DNA from: an uncultured Candidatus Saccharibacteria bacterium
Lineage (GTDB): Bacteria; Patescibacteriota; WWE3; UBA101185; UBA10185
Direction: 5' to 3'
Assembly: GCA_964643995.1 (NCBI GenBank)
Contig: CAZXUJ010000001.1
Coordinates: 337,492-401,491, forward strand
DNA: 64,000 nucleotides
Shown here: positions 9,974 through 18,791 of the stretch, piece after piece
Numbering within the stretch: position 1 is the stretch's first letter
How the letters are laid out: every line of letters begins with the position of its first letter
Made by a program: the position numbers and the translations under genes
Notes under the pieces: generated by a model
Seen by the model: only the letters and a program-made list of their open reading frames with translations
Database searches by the model: none
What the model was told of the DNA's origin: nothing

Positions 9974-10747
9974 ATGAAAGAAAAAGAACAGAATCGACAG
10001 AGTAACTGGATCCCTTGGGTTTTGGTAGGAGCTTTAGGGATGTTCATCATTATGAGGGCATTAGGAGGGGGGTTCAACCTACCAGCCACTACTGCTGGGG
10101 CGCAAACTGTGCCAGTAGTATATGTGGCACCAACCGCCACCTCCATTCCACAGGTAGTTGTGCAAGCCGCAGCAGATCCAATCGCACAACAAGAACTAGC
10201 ACCAGATGCCTCGGCTGGAAGCAACTCAACTAATGGACAAACAGGTGGGGAATCAGACTCAGGTGCCCTGACAAACGTAGATGGCAATAATGTCGGGGAC
10301 ACGATTGGAGGTGATCAAAACACAACTATCATCGTGAACGCACCAGTGGCAGAAGCCGCCGCATTGTTGGCACAAACAACAGACGTTGACGCCAATGCGA
10401 CCAACGGACAGCCGTTATTGCCATGCGCCAGGATGAACACAGTCGGATCGGGTCAGGTGCTATACACAGTCAAGGAATTTGAATCCATGACACAGCCCAT
10501 TGATCCCCGGACTTCGGCTGGAGAATTCCAGCGCATCGCTGAGGAACAAGGATCGGAAGCCACCGCGGCGAGGCCTGCCATGCAGTCTTGTCTTTTGACA
10601 GCAGAGGCTGTGGCGGAAACAGCGTGTGCCTTCGGTTACACATACGTACTGTTTCGCCCTGAGACGGGATTATCGGGATGGTTTTGGGTTGGCCCACAGC
10701 CACACGGCATCGCAATTGCGAATGCAGTAGTGGCTTGCGAAGGCTAA
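9974..10747 (+). CDS. GC-rich hypothetical exported or membrane-anchored protein (Ala/Thr/Gly-rich)
   Basis: AGGAG RBS lies 8 nt upstream of ATG. N-terminal hydrophobic helix (WIPWVLVGALGMFIIMRAL). Base composition is strikingly GC-rich compared with its neighbours. Confidence 0.5.
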   Translation: MKEKEQNRQSNWIPWVLVGALGMFIIMRALGGGFNLPATTAGAQTVPVVYVAPTATSIPQVVVQAAADPIAQQELAPDASAGSNSTNGQTGGESDSGALTNVDGNNVGDTIGGDQNTTIIVNAPVAEAAALLAQTTDVDANATNGQPLLPCARMNTVGSGQVLYTVKEFESMTQPIDPRTSAGEFQRIAEEQGSEATAARPAMQSCLLTAEAVAETACAFGYTYVLFRPETGLSGWFWVGPQPHGIAIANAVVACEG

Positions 10748-10890
10748 CAGAAGTTGTTTTACAAGTTGAGATAGAGTAAAAAAAAGAGAATTCTACGCCT
10801 AACACTTAGATCATAAATTTGCGAAAGCATAAATCTGAACTAGTGTTAGGCACTCTCCCTTAACCTTAGGCACTATGTTAAAATCATTCC

Positions 10891-11964
10891 ATGACTCCTG
10901 AGCCTTTGGATCCAAACAGATTCCATGTTTTAAATAGAAATCAGAAGGTATTGATTGGATCTGTTACTGCTTTTATATTTCTTGTTATTTTGCCGATGTT
11001 AAGCTTTGGCTACTATAAATTTGCCGTGTTAAGACCTAATCAAAAAACTGATGATACGACTTTTGAGATCGCTAGTGGCGAAAGTGTAGCGGAGATTGCA
11101 GGTAATTTGTATGCACAAGATGCCATTAATTCGGAGTTTTTGTTTAAAGTGTATGTTGTTTGGAACAAGCTAAATCTGCAAGCTGGCATTTACAACATTC
11201 CTGGAGGTGCATCTACGGATGAGGTTGCTAAACTACTTCAACATGGCACAAATGACAAAAGCATTACATTTATTGAGGGTTGGAGGGTTGAGGAATATGC
11301 CGATGCTGTAAGTGGTTATTTCAACAAAGTAGATTACGTAGAATTTGTGAAATTGGCACGTGAACATGAGGGCTATCTGTTTCCAGATACCTACTCATTT
11401 AGTGCAGAGGTAACTGTAAATGAAATGATTGAGGTTTTGAAACAAAACTTCGAGGCCAAAACTGCTAACATTTTTACTCCTGAGAAACTCGCAAAAGTGG
11501 GGTTAACCAAAGAACAAGTAATAATATTTGCATCTATCGTCGAGCGAGAGGTTAACACAGATGCAGATATGCCAATTGTTGCTGGAATACTTGTGAAACG
11601 TTGGAAAAACGGTGAACTTGTTGGAGCCGATGCAACAACACAGTATATAGTTGCAGCACACAGATATGGATGCGCCATTGGAACTCAGGAAGTATGCCCT
11701 AACGCAGAGGATATACCAAACATTAACTGGTGGCCACATGATTTAACACAAGAGGAGCTAGATACGGTAAACGAATACAACACACGGGAGGTGGTGGGAA
11801 TACCACCAAGACCGATTTCAAACCCTGGTCTTGAGAGTATAAATGCGGTGCTAAACCTGGAAGATACTACTTACAACTATTACCTTAACGACGAAGATGG
11901 AACTACACGTTATGCCCAAACTTTGGAAGAGCACAGCCTTAATATAGAGAAATACCTTAGGTAA
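10891..11964 (+). CDS. mltG: Endolytic murein transglycosylase MltG (YceG family)
   Basis: N-terminal TM helix; FEIASGESVAEIAGNL, GIYNIPGG, ITFIEGWRVEEYA and YLFPDTY are YceG/MltG motifs. Confidence 0.8.
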   Translation: MTPEPLDPNRFHVLNRNQKVLIGSVTAFIFLVILPMLSFGYYKFAVLRPNQKTDDTTFEIASGESVAEIAGNLYAQDAINSEFLFKVYVVWNKLNLQAGIYNIPGGASTDEVAKLLQHGTNDKSITFIEGWRVEEYADAVSGYFNKVDYVEFVKLAREHEGYLFPDTYSFSAEVTVNEMIEVLKQNFEAKTANIFTPEKLAKVGLTKEQVIIFASIVEREVNTDADMPIVAGILVKRWKNGELVGADATTQYIVAAHRYGCAIGTQEVCPNAEDIPNINWWPHDLTQEELDTVNEYNTREVVGIPPRPISNPGLESINAVLNLEDTTYNYYLNDEDGTTRYAQTLEEHSLNIEKYLR

Positions 11965-12086
11965 AGCAAAATATCCTAGTCCAAAAAACCTTAGGAAACA
12001 ACAAAAAAATATTCGATTGAACTTCTGCAACGTCCCATAGTGGTATAACGGAAGTCTTATTGTCAAATGTTTTTGGAGGTATTCAG

Positions 12087-12386
12087 ATGAACTGGACACG
12101 AAAAGAATGGTTAGCTGTCGTAGTAATGATGGCTGGTTTGATGGCCATCTGGAATTTTTTTGGGACCACGGCAATGTTTCGGATTGGTGCCGCTGGTGTG
12201 GCCTTCATGGGGCTGGCGATCTTTTTAAAGGGCTACAAAGCCTTTAAACACCCCGAGGCAAGAAATGAGAATTGGAAAGTAAAAGACGATATGGAGTGGG
12301 GCAAAACAGCTATGATCGTAGGACTTGTCCTATGGGTGATCGCTGTAGTGCTTGCCCTATACGTCCCAATACTGTTCAATCTCTAG
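12087..12386 (+). CDS. Small integral membrane protein (hypothetical)
   Basis: GGAGG RBS before the ATG at 12087; three hydrophobic helices; followed by a strong hairpin terminator. Confidence 0.4.
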   Translation: MNWTRKEWLAVVVMMAGLMAIWNFFGTTAMFRIGAAGVAFMGLAIFLKGYKAFKHPEARNENWKVKDDMEWGKTAMIVGLVLWVIAVVLALYVPILFNL

Positions 12387-12393
12387 TGGCAGT

Positions 12394-12443
12394 GACGCTG
12401 TTTTGTTCAAATTTACAATATCGAACAACAACAAAACAGCGTC
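12394..12443. terminator. Bidirectional hairpin terminator between convergent genes
   Basis: Perfect 14-bp inverted repeat GACGCTGTTTTGTT ... AACAAAACAGCGTC with a 22-nt loop, placed between the + gene ending 12386 and the - gene ending 12463. Confidence 0.5.
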
Positions 12444-12462
12444 CTGCCTAATCTCTTACACT

Positions 12463-12909
12463 TTAAAGATCGATTTCCAAACTTCTATCTATCAATTCTT
12501 TTGTAACAATAATCCCTGCATATTTATAAGCATCAACAGCAATCATAATTGGAATATCTGCCAATAGTGCTAAACATATAGCATCCGTGAGTTTAATGTC
12601 GATTTCAGACTCAGTTTCGCCAATTATTACCTTTAGATAAGTATAAAATACATCATCAAGATATTTATAAACGGTTATTCCGGTTATTTTAGCCCCAAGT
12701 GCTTTAATAGTTCTCAAATATGAATCATGTACATGAGGGCGAGAAAGGCGTATTTTTTGTTTGGCGAGCAGGATTGAATCGCACGACCACCGATTAACCT
12801 TATAAGGTACAAGTACCTTGAGACCATAATTAAACAAATAAACTGTAAACAATTCTTGTTTTTTATCTGCAGGCACGATAGCTAAAATATTAAACTCTAA
12901 TGAATTCAT
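12463..12909 (-). CDS. DUF151-like bifunctional nuclease (BFN) domain protein
   Basis: ...DIKLTDAICLALLADIPIMIAVDAY... resembles the core of the DUF151/BFN domain. Size of about 148 aa fits. Confidence 0.45.
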   Translation of the reverse strand: MNSLEFNILAIVPADKKQELFTVYLFNYGLKVLVPYKVNRWSCDSILLAKQKIRLSRPHVHDSYLRTIKALGAKITGITVYKYLDDVFYTYLKVIIGETESEIDIKLTDAICLALLADIPIMIAVDAYKYAGIIVTKELIDRSLEIDL

Positions 12910-12967
12910 AATACTTTCAATTACATATTTAAATGCTCTCGTGGTTGGGATTTTATATTAAGTTTTC

Positions 12968-13423
12968 ATGTATAATTATTGTGTTATGCTCAACCTGCTC
13001 AAAAATGCTCACGACAAAGCTGAAGGATTAGAAGGCACCCGACTAGCTATCGTCCTAGCTGTTACGTTTATCGTTTTCCTAGGGATAGGTGTCACTATTA
13101 ATTACTTTACTAACAGTTCATTAAATAATGATGAAATTTTTAACAATCGTGACAGAGATAAAGATGTAACAAAATATGTTGAGGAAACTTTTGAGGAAGG
13201 CATAATAACTTATGTGGACCCTAATTTTTATCCTAATGAAGGTATTTCATTTTACCTTGCAGATCACACTGGTAAGCAAATAATATTATTAAAAGCACTA
13301 GACCAAAAACTCGAGGTTTCAGAGGGCTTATCAGTAAAAGTATACGGGAAGAAAACCACGACCGCGGATAAGAAAAAAGATGTACTATTAGTTGAAAGAA
13401 TTGTTGTTAAAAACTCCAAATAA
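12968..13423 (+). CDS. Hypothetical membrane-anchored protein
   Basis: ORF with one TM helix (LAIVLAVTFIVFLGIGV); no recognisable family. Confidence 0.35.
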   Translation: MYNYCVMLNLLKNAHDKAEGLEGTRLAIVLAVTFIVFLGIGVTINYFTNSSLNNDEIFNNRDRDKDVTKYVEETFEEGIITYVDPNFYPNEGISFYLADHTGKQIILLKALDQKLEVSEGLSVKVYGKKTTTADKKKDVLLVERIVVKNSK

Positions 13424-13426
13424 TAT

Positions 13427-14110
13427 ATGGCACAGATTGAATATCAAAATATTACGAAAAGCTTCGAAAATGATTTTACTGCGGTAAATGACGTATCTTT
13501 CAACGTAGATCGTGGGGAGTTCATTTTTATAATTGGGCCATCTGGAGCAGGAAAATCTACCTTGGTTAAGATGCTGATTCGTGAGATAAAACCTGATGCA
13601 GGGCAAATACTGGTGGACGGGCAGAATATATTTGATGATGCTTCAATTGATCTTCCAAGCTTAAGAAGAGCAATTGGTGTAGTTTTTCAAGATTTTAAGG
13701 TTTTACCATCAAAAACTGTGTTTGAAAATGTTGCTGTAGCACTGGAGGTAGCAGACACTCCAAAGCACATTATCAAAGAGGTCGTACCTAATGTTTTAAA
13801 CTTGGTTGGCCTTCAGAATAAGAGCGATGTGCTTTCTTATAAATTGTCTGGTGGAGAAAAGCAAAGATTAACAATTGCGCGAGCCTTAGCACACGAACCA
13901 AATGTTTTGGTTGCTGATGAACCTACAGGGATGATAGATCCACGCGCTGCTGAAGAAGTTATGAATATTTTGTTAAAAGTTAATTCTCTGGGCACTACAG
14001 TAATGATGGCTACACATAACGAACAAATTGTTAACGAGCTCAAAAAAAGAGTCATACGCGTCGAACAAGGAAAAATAGTATCAGACATAAAAAAAGGAAA
14101 ATATGTTTAA
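13427..14110 (+). CDS. ftsE: Cell division ATP-binding protein FtsE (ABC ATPase)
   Basis: Walker A GPSGAGKST, ABC signature LSGGEKQR, Walker B VLVADEPTG. Immediately followed by ftsX. Confidence 0.85.
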   Translation: MAQIEYQNITKSFENDFTAVNDVSFNVDRGEFIFIIGPSGAGKSTLVKMLIREIKPDAGQILVDGQNIFDDASIDLPSLRRAIGVVFQDFKVLPSKTVFENVAVALEVADTPKHIIKEVVPNVLNLVGLQNKSDVLSYKLSGGEKQRLTIARALAHEPNVLVADEPTGMIDPRAAEEVMNILLKVNSLGTTVMMATHNEQIVNELKKRVIRVEQGKIVSDIKKGKYV

Positions 14111-14969
14111 TAATCTGAAAAAAGAAAAGTTGTTGGCAATTTCAAACATTTCAGTGATGACACTAACCTTTTTAATTCTTGGGCTCTTCGTAAGCATAGT
14201 CGCACTATCGCAAACCGCCTTACGTAATCTTGAAAAGCAGGCTCAAGTTACCTTATTTTTTAAGGACGACTTTCCAGAACCTAACATTTTAGAACTAAAA
14301 ACGAGGTTGGAATCGGATGAAAGGGTTTCTTCGATTAAATATGTCTCAAAAGAGGATGCTTTTGTACTTTTTACTGAGCTAAACAAGGACGATCCAATTC
14401 TTCTAGAGTCAATTTCTGCAAGTATACTACCCGCTAGTTTAGAGATAAGAACACGCAAATTGGATGAGCTCCCAGTGTTAGCTGAAGAGCTAAGCACAAT
14501 CGATGGAGTTGAGGAAGTAAAATATTTTAAGGACGTTATAGAAGCATTCAGGTTTTGGAGTGGGTTTGCCTACACAGTGGGCTTCACAATGGTAGCTGCA
14601 TTTATTTTAATCTCCTTCGCAGTAATCATGATCACATTAAGGCTTACGATCAATTCAAAAGGTACGGAGTTAGAAATCCTCAAGCTTGTAGGCGCCTCTA
14701 ACGAGTATGTTAAGAAGCCTCTTATAAAACAGAGTGTAACTTTTGGAATAGTTTCAGCATTAATAGCGTCATCAATATTATTTTTGCTTGCGGTAATATT
14801 GCAATTAACCGGAGCCTTCACGGGAAAGATCGCTTTGGGATTTTTACCAGACGTTTTGATAAGTACAACTATTTTTACGTTACTTTTGAGCTTTGTACTT
14901 ATTGCGTCCGGTTTTACCCTAGGGTATTTTGGTAGTATCACAGCAATCAGAAAATATCTTAATTACTAA
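14103..14969 (+). CDS. ftsX: Cell division permease FtsX
   Basis: Four TM segments with a large periplasmic loop after TM1; overlaps the ftsE stop; conserved synteny. Confidence 0.75.
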   Translation: MFNNLKKEKLLAISNISVMTLTFLILGLFVSIVALSQTALRNLEKQAQVTLFFKDDFPEPNILELKTRLESDERVSSIKYVSKEDAFVLFTELNKDDPILLESISASILPASLEIRTRKLDELPVLAEELSTIDGVEEVKYFKDVIEAFRFWSGFAYTVGFTMVAAFILISFAVIMITLRLTINSKGTELEILKLVGASNEYVKKPLIKQSVTFGIVSALIASSILFLLAVILQLTGAFTGKIALGFLPDVLISTTIFTLLLSFVLIASGFTLGYFGSITAIRKYLNY

Positions 14970-14971
14970 TT

Positions 14972-16231
14972 ATGAAGATTAAAAGACTGCTTATAGTGTT
15001 AATACTGATGGTACCTTTTTTGGTTTATTTAAACCCAAACGTTGCAGCCCATATTGGGGGAACTGAAGAAGAAGGGGATGACTCCGAAGTAGTAGAGAAT
15101 CTAGAAGAAAAAATTGAGGAATTAGAAAAAAAGCTAGCAGAAACAAAAAGCAAAGGAGCCTCCTTACAAAGAGAAATCGATTCATTTAACTCACAGATTC
15201 AGCTAACAGAGCTCAGAATTCAACAATCGCTAAACGAAATACAAAAAAAAGAAAAAGAGATAGTCAAACTTGGTGGTGACATTGATGATCTTAAGGGCAG
15301 AATAGTTAAGCTTAGTGACTCAATTGGGCAACAAGAGGAAATCCTAAACGAGAGATTGAGGGCACGGTATAAAACCAAGGAAAATTCTCCAGTAGTAGTT
15401 TTATTCGGTTCCGACACCATAAATCAAATCATTCAAAAATCTGAATATCTACGTGTGATGGAAAAGCAAGATAAAAGACTGCTAGACCAGATGAATAAGA
15501 CAAAAAGCGCATATGGGTTACAAAAGGACCTGTTTGAAGACAAAAAGGAAAAGGAGGAAACTCTAAAAACCCAGTTGGTAGCTGAGAAGGCCAGCTTGGA
15601 GCAATACGAAAGTGATTTAGAAAGACAAAAAAGTGAAAAGGACTCGCTATTACAAAGAACACAAAATGATGAGGCAAAATTTCAGGAACAGCTCGCAGAT
15701 GCCCAAAGAGAGCTAAATCAGATACTTACAGCAGTTAGCGTCCTAAAAAATCAGGAACCTAGAGATGTTGAACGGGGGGAACTTATCGGAATACAGGGAA
15801 ATACAGGCTTTTCATCAGGAGAACATCTTCATTTTGGTGTTTATAGGTATTCCTCGTTCGAAGATATAACGGGATGGAACTGGTATTACTCTAATCATGT
15901 CAACCCTTCAAAGAAACTGGAAAGTCGTGATGTATATTGGAATACTGGTTGTGAATCATCAGGTACCCGCGAGGTTGGTGAAGGTGATTGGGATTGGCCA
16001 ATAAAAAATCCAACAATTTCACAAGGTTATGGGTATACGTGCTATTCAAATAGCTTCTATAACGGCAATCCGCATCCCGCATACGACATGTATGGGGCCT
16101 ATGGATCACCTGTATATGCAGTTGACGATGGAAAAGCTTATTTTTGCGAAAATTGTCTAGGGGATGGTGCGAACGGTGTGTTTATCTTTCATGACGATGA
16201 CTATATGACGGTATATTGGCATCTGCGTTAG
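14972..16231 (+). CDS. M23 family metallopeptidase with N-terminal coiled coil (EnvC-like FtsEX partner)
   Basis: Signal/TM at N-terminus, long coiled-coil region (LEEKIEELEKKLAE...), GNTGFSSGEHLHFGVY (M23 HxH region) and a downstream HPAYD. The C-terminal Cys-containing extension is atypical. Confidence 0.6.
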   Translation: MKIKRLLIVLILMVPFLVYLNPNVAAHIGGTEEEGDDSEVVENLEEKIEELEKKLAETKSKGASLQREIDSFNSQIQLTELRIQQSLNEIQKKEKEIVKLGGDIDDLKGRIVKLSDSIGQQEEILNERLRARYKTKENSPVVVLFGSDTINQIIQKSEYLRVMEKQDKRLLDQMNKTKSAYGLQKDLFEDKKEKEETLKTQLVAEKASLEQYESDLERQKSEKDSLLQRTQNDEAKFQEQLADAQRELNQILTAVSVLKNQEPRDVERGELIGIQGNTGFSSGEHLHFGVYRYSSFEDITGWNWYYSNHVNPSKKLESRDVYWNTGCESSGTREVGEGDWDWPIKNPTISQGYGYTCYSNSFYNGNPHPAYDMYGAYGSPVYAVDDGKAYFCENCLGDGANGVFIFHDDDYMTVYWHLR

Positions 16232-16291
16232 GTCTATTTTTACTAGAAAAAACGTTTTGATATTTTTTCTCCTCCAGAGTTTAATGGTTAT

Positions 16292-16729
16292 ATGAAAATG
16301 ATCATTCTCTTTCTTTTAGCAGCAATGTTAACAACACCTCAAACATATGCTAGTGAGATAAAAATTGGCATAAAAAAAAATGTCATGAATTTTGATAACG
16401 AGATTTTCACTAGCGTCGCAGGCGAATTTGAAACAAACAGATATGTTATCAGGCCAATAGAGGAACGCGGCGTATATATAGAAGTGTATGACGGAAACAA
16501 AAACATATGGGAGTCTAACTCAAGCTTATGGAATGAACAGGTACTTATAGAAAACATGAAAAAGATAAAATTTCGTGATAAACCTGACGAGATGTTTAGA
16601 GTTTATTTTGAATTACTTGATCTTAAGACTAGCAACAAATACGTTTCAACAAAGATACCAATTTTTTCCAACAAAGAGGAGATTAACTTCTTGAACGCAC
16701 TTAACCAAAACCTCAAAAACTCTGATTGA
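16292..16729 (+). CDS. Hypothetical secreted protein
   Basis: Signal-peptide-like N-terminus MKMIILFLLAAMLTTPQTYASE; no family assigned. Confidence 0.4.
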   Translation: MKMIILFLLAAMLTTPQTYASEIKIGIKKNVMNFDNEIFTSVAGEFETNRYVIRPIEERGVYIEVYDGNKNIWESNSSLWNEQVLIENMKKIKFRDKPDEMFRVYFELLDLKTSNKYVSTKIPIFSNKEEINFLNALNQNLKNSD

Positions 16730-16748
16730 AAAATGTTAAAATCAAAAC

Positions 16749-17108
16749 ATGAAGTGGGCTCCAGCAATAGTAATGTGCGTCATAATATTTGCAATTTCCT
16801 CGATACATGGAAACACAGTTAATAGTATAGGTTTGGGGAGAGAGAGCTATCATATTAATGGACACTTTGTTTTGTACATGTTGTTATGTATAGGGTTTTT
16901 CAAGGCCACGAAAATTTATATAGGGGCAACGGTTCTCTCTGGGTTATATGCGCTGAGTGACGAGTTTCATCAAACTTTCGTGCCTGGAAGATCTTGGGAG
17001 AACTTTGACCTTATGGTAGATGGTTTAGGAATAGCATTAGCTATAGTAATAGTATGGAAAATAATACATACACAATCGAACAAGTTAAAAAATTGGCTAC
17101 TGAGTTAG
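16749..17108 (+). CDS. VanZ-like family membrane protein
   Basis: SDEFHQTFVPGRS motif, characteristic of VanZ, between hydrophobic helices. Confidence 0.55.
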   Translation: MKWAPAIVMCVIIFAISSIHGNTVNSIGLGRESYHINGHFVLYMLLCIGFFKATKIYIGATVLSGLYALSDEFHQTFVPGRSWENFDLMVDGLGIALAIVIVWKIIHTQSNKLKNWLLS

Positions 17109-17497
17109 CTAGAGACATAAGACCTCAGGATGTGTTAGCGCTGTATGGTGATTTAGGAAGTGGAAAAACAACTTTTACGAATTATTTGGTGCAAGCACTT
17201 GGTTTCAAAGATCGGGTGCAAAGCCCAACATTTGTACTTTTACGTAGATATACAGAGACACCCGAAAGTAACGAGAACAATATACACGTAATTAACCACC
17301 TAGATCTGTATCGACTGAATGACAGTGGTGACCTTCATGAGCTCGGACTTAACGAGATAGTTGAGGAGCCTGCTACAATAACAATAATTGAGTGGCCAGG
17401 TATAGCAGAAAATTTGCTATCAAAAAACACAAAAAAAATATTTTTTGAGTACATAGATGAAAAAACAAGAAAAATCAAAATACATAATAAAAATTAA
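17054..17497 (+). CDS. tsaE: tRNA threonylcarbamoyladenosine biosynthesis ATPase TsaE (YjeE)
   Basis: LALYGDLGSGKTTFTNYL P-loop and SPTFVL motif; about 147 aa. Confidence 0.75.
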   Translation: MENNTYTIEQVKKLATELARDIRPQDVLALYGDLGSGKTTFTNYLVQALGFKDRVQSPTFVLLRRYTETPESNENNIHVINHLDLYRLNDSGDLHELGLNEIVEEPATITIIEWPGIAENLLSKNTKKIFFEYIDEKTRKIKIHNKN

Positions 17498-17798
17498 CAC
17501 TATAGAGAGGCATATAAAAGTGATAGAACTTGTTGAGATAAGTGAAGGAAAAGAACAGCTGATTGATAAGATAGAGGGTAATTTTGATGTGGTCAACGAA
17601 ATTAAAAAACTGCTAGTAAAAAATAAGCTTCGCCCTGAAAAAATATATGAGTATATTCCCAATGTTGGACCCGGAACCTCTTTCACGGGCACAAAAGTAG
17701 GAGTTACAGTCGCTAACGTAATCAACTGGGCATTGGGGAAAAAGAAGCTGGATGAACTTTACAACCCAATTTATATCTCAGAACCTAATATTGGTTAG
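17457..17798 (+). CDS. Hypothetical protein
   Basis: 113-aa ORF overlapping the tsaE 3' end; start uncertain; no family recognised. Confidence 0.3.
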   Translation: MKKQEKSKYIIKINTIERHIKVIELVEISEGKEQLIDKIEGNFDVVNEIKKLLVKNKLRPEKIYEYIPNVGPGTSFTGTKVGVTVANVINWALGKKKLDELYNPIYISEPNIG

Positions 17799-17822
17799 GA
17801 GATGTGGTAAAATGTCGTTGCT

Positions 17823-18791
17823 ATGAAAGTTTTAGTTACTGGAGCTGCAGGCTTTATAGGCTCAAACCTTTGTGAATATCTACTATCTAATAATCACGAG
17901 GTTATAGGTCTGGATAATTTTAACAACTATTACAGTCCAAAAATAAAAGAATATAACATAAAGAGCTTCTCAACAGATAAACACTTTAAGCTGTATAGAA
18001 ATGATTTACTGGATAATGACACCTTAACTACGTTATTTGAAGATGAAAAACCCGAGGCTATAGTACATTTAGCCGCATGGGCAGGTGTTACCAGGTCATT
18101 AAAGGAACCGGTTACCTACGTAAGAAACAATCTCGAAGCCACAGTTAATTTAGCTGAGTTAGCGGTAAAATATGGAATTAAAAGCTTCGTGCTAGCATCT
18201 ACCTCATCGATATATGGCGATAATCCAACACCTTTCACTGAAGACATGACCACAGATCATCCTCTAGCACCCTACCCTGCTACAAAAAAAGCATGTGAAG
18301 TTATGCTGAGTACCTACCATAGAAATTTTGGATTAAATGTCACAATATTTAGAATTTTTAATCCTTTAGGACCAAGACAAAGACCCGATTTAGCACTATC
18401 TATACTAATAAGGTCTTGCTTATATGAGGACGTGGCTTTTCATAAATACCAAACAGGTACTGGGCGAGACTATACATATGTAAAACACATGCTAGAGGCC
18501 ATGGAACATGTAATAAAAAAGCCTTTAGGGTATGAAATTCTAAACTTGGGTAATTCGAAACCAGTAATCCTCGAGGACATGATTGCTACTATAGCCAAAG
18601 TTACTGGGAAAGAACCTCGCATAATCGAAGCTGAAAAACGTCAGGGCGAGATGGAACTTACCTATGCCAACGTCGAAAAAGCTAAAAATATGATAAACTA
18701 CAACCCGTCTACGACCATTGAAGAAAGTATTAGAATTTATTATGAATGGTTTCTTGCCCAAGAAGAGTGGTATAAGAAAGGACAATATTAA
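17823..18791 (+). CDS. NAD-dependent nucleotide-sugar epimerase/dehydratase (SDR family)
   Basis: VLVTGAAGFIGSNLCEYLL Rossmann motif; Y..K active-site pair (YPATKKACE). Confidence 0.8.
   Translation: MKVLVTGAAGFIGSNLCEYLLSNNHEVIGLDNFNNYYSPKIKEYNIKSFSTDKHFKLYRNDLLDNDTLTTLFEDEKPEAIVHLAAWAGVTRSLKEPVTYVRNNLEATVNLAELAVKYGIKSFVLASTSSIYGDNPTPFTEDMTTDHPLAPYPATKKACEVMLSTYHRNFGLNVTIFRIFNPLGPRQRPDLALSILIRSCLYEDVAFHKYQTGTGRDYTYVKHMLEAMEHVIKKPLGYEILNLGNSKPVILEDMIATIAKVTGKEPRIIEAEKRQGEMELTYANVEKAKNMINYNPSTTIEESIRIYYEWFLAQEEWYKKGQY

Noticed and set aside
9621-9977. 118-aa plus-strand ORF in the ORF track
   Set aside because: It lies entirely antisense to and inside the RNase P RNA gene. It has no RBS and a Cys/Ser-rich low-complexity translation. 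It is best explained as a chance ORF in GC-richer structured-RNA sequence.
10015-10233. 72-aa alternative-frame ORF inside the GC-rich gene
   Set aside because: It is fully nested in a different frame of a better-supported ORF that has an RBS. GC-rich DNA produces long spurious ORFs.
11391-11739. Two antisense ORFs (95 aa and 78 aa) inside mltG
   Set aside because: They are antisense to a confidently identified conserved gene, with no start context.
12001-12090. Possible tRNA or structured RNA upstream of the small membrane protein gene
   Set aside because: I could not fold a cloverleaf. There is no acceptor/T-arm complementarity and no conserved GTTC box.
17457-17798. Calling the 113-aa ORF after tsaE as tsaB
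   Set aside because: TsaB is about 200 aa or more with an N-terminal LALDTS-type motif, which is not present. It is left as hypothetical.
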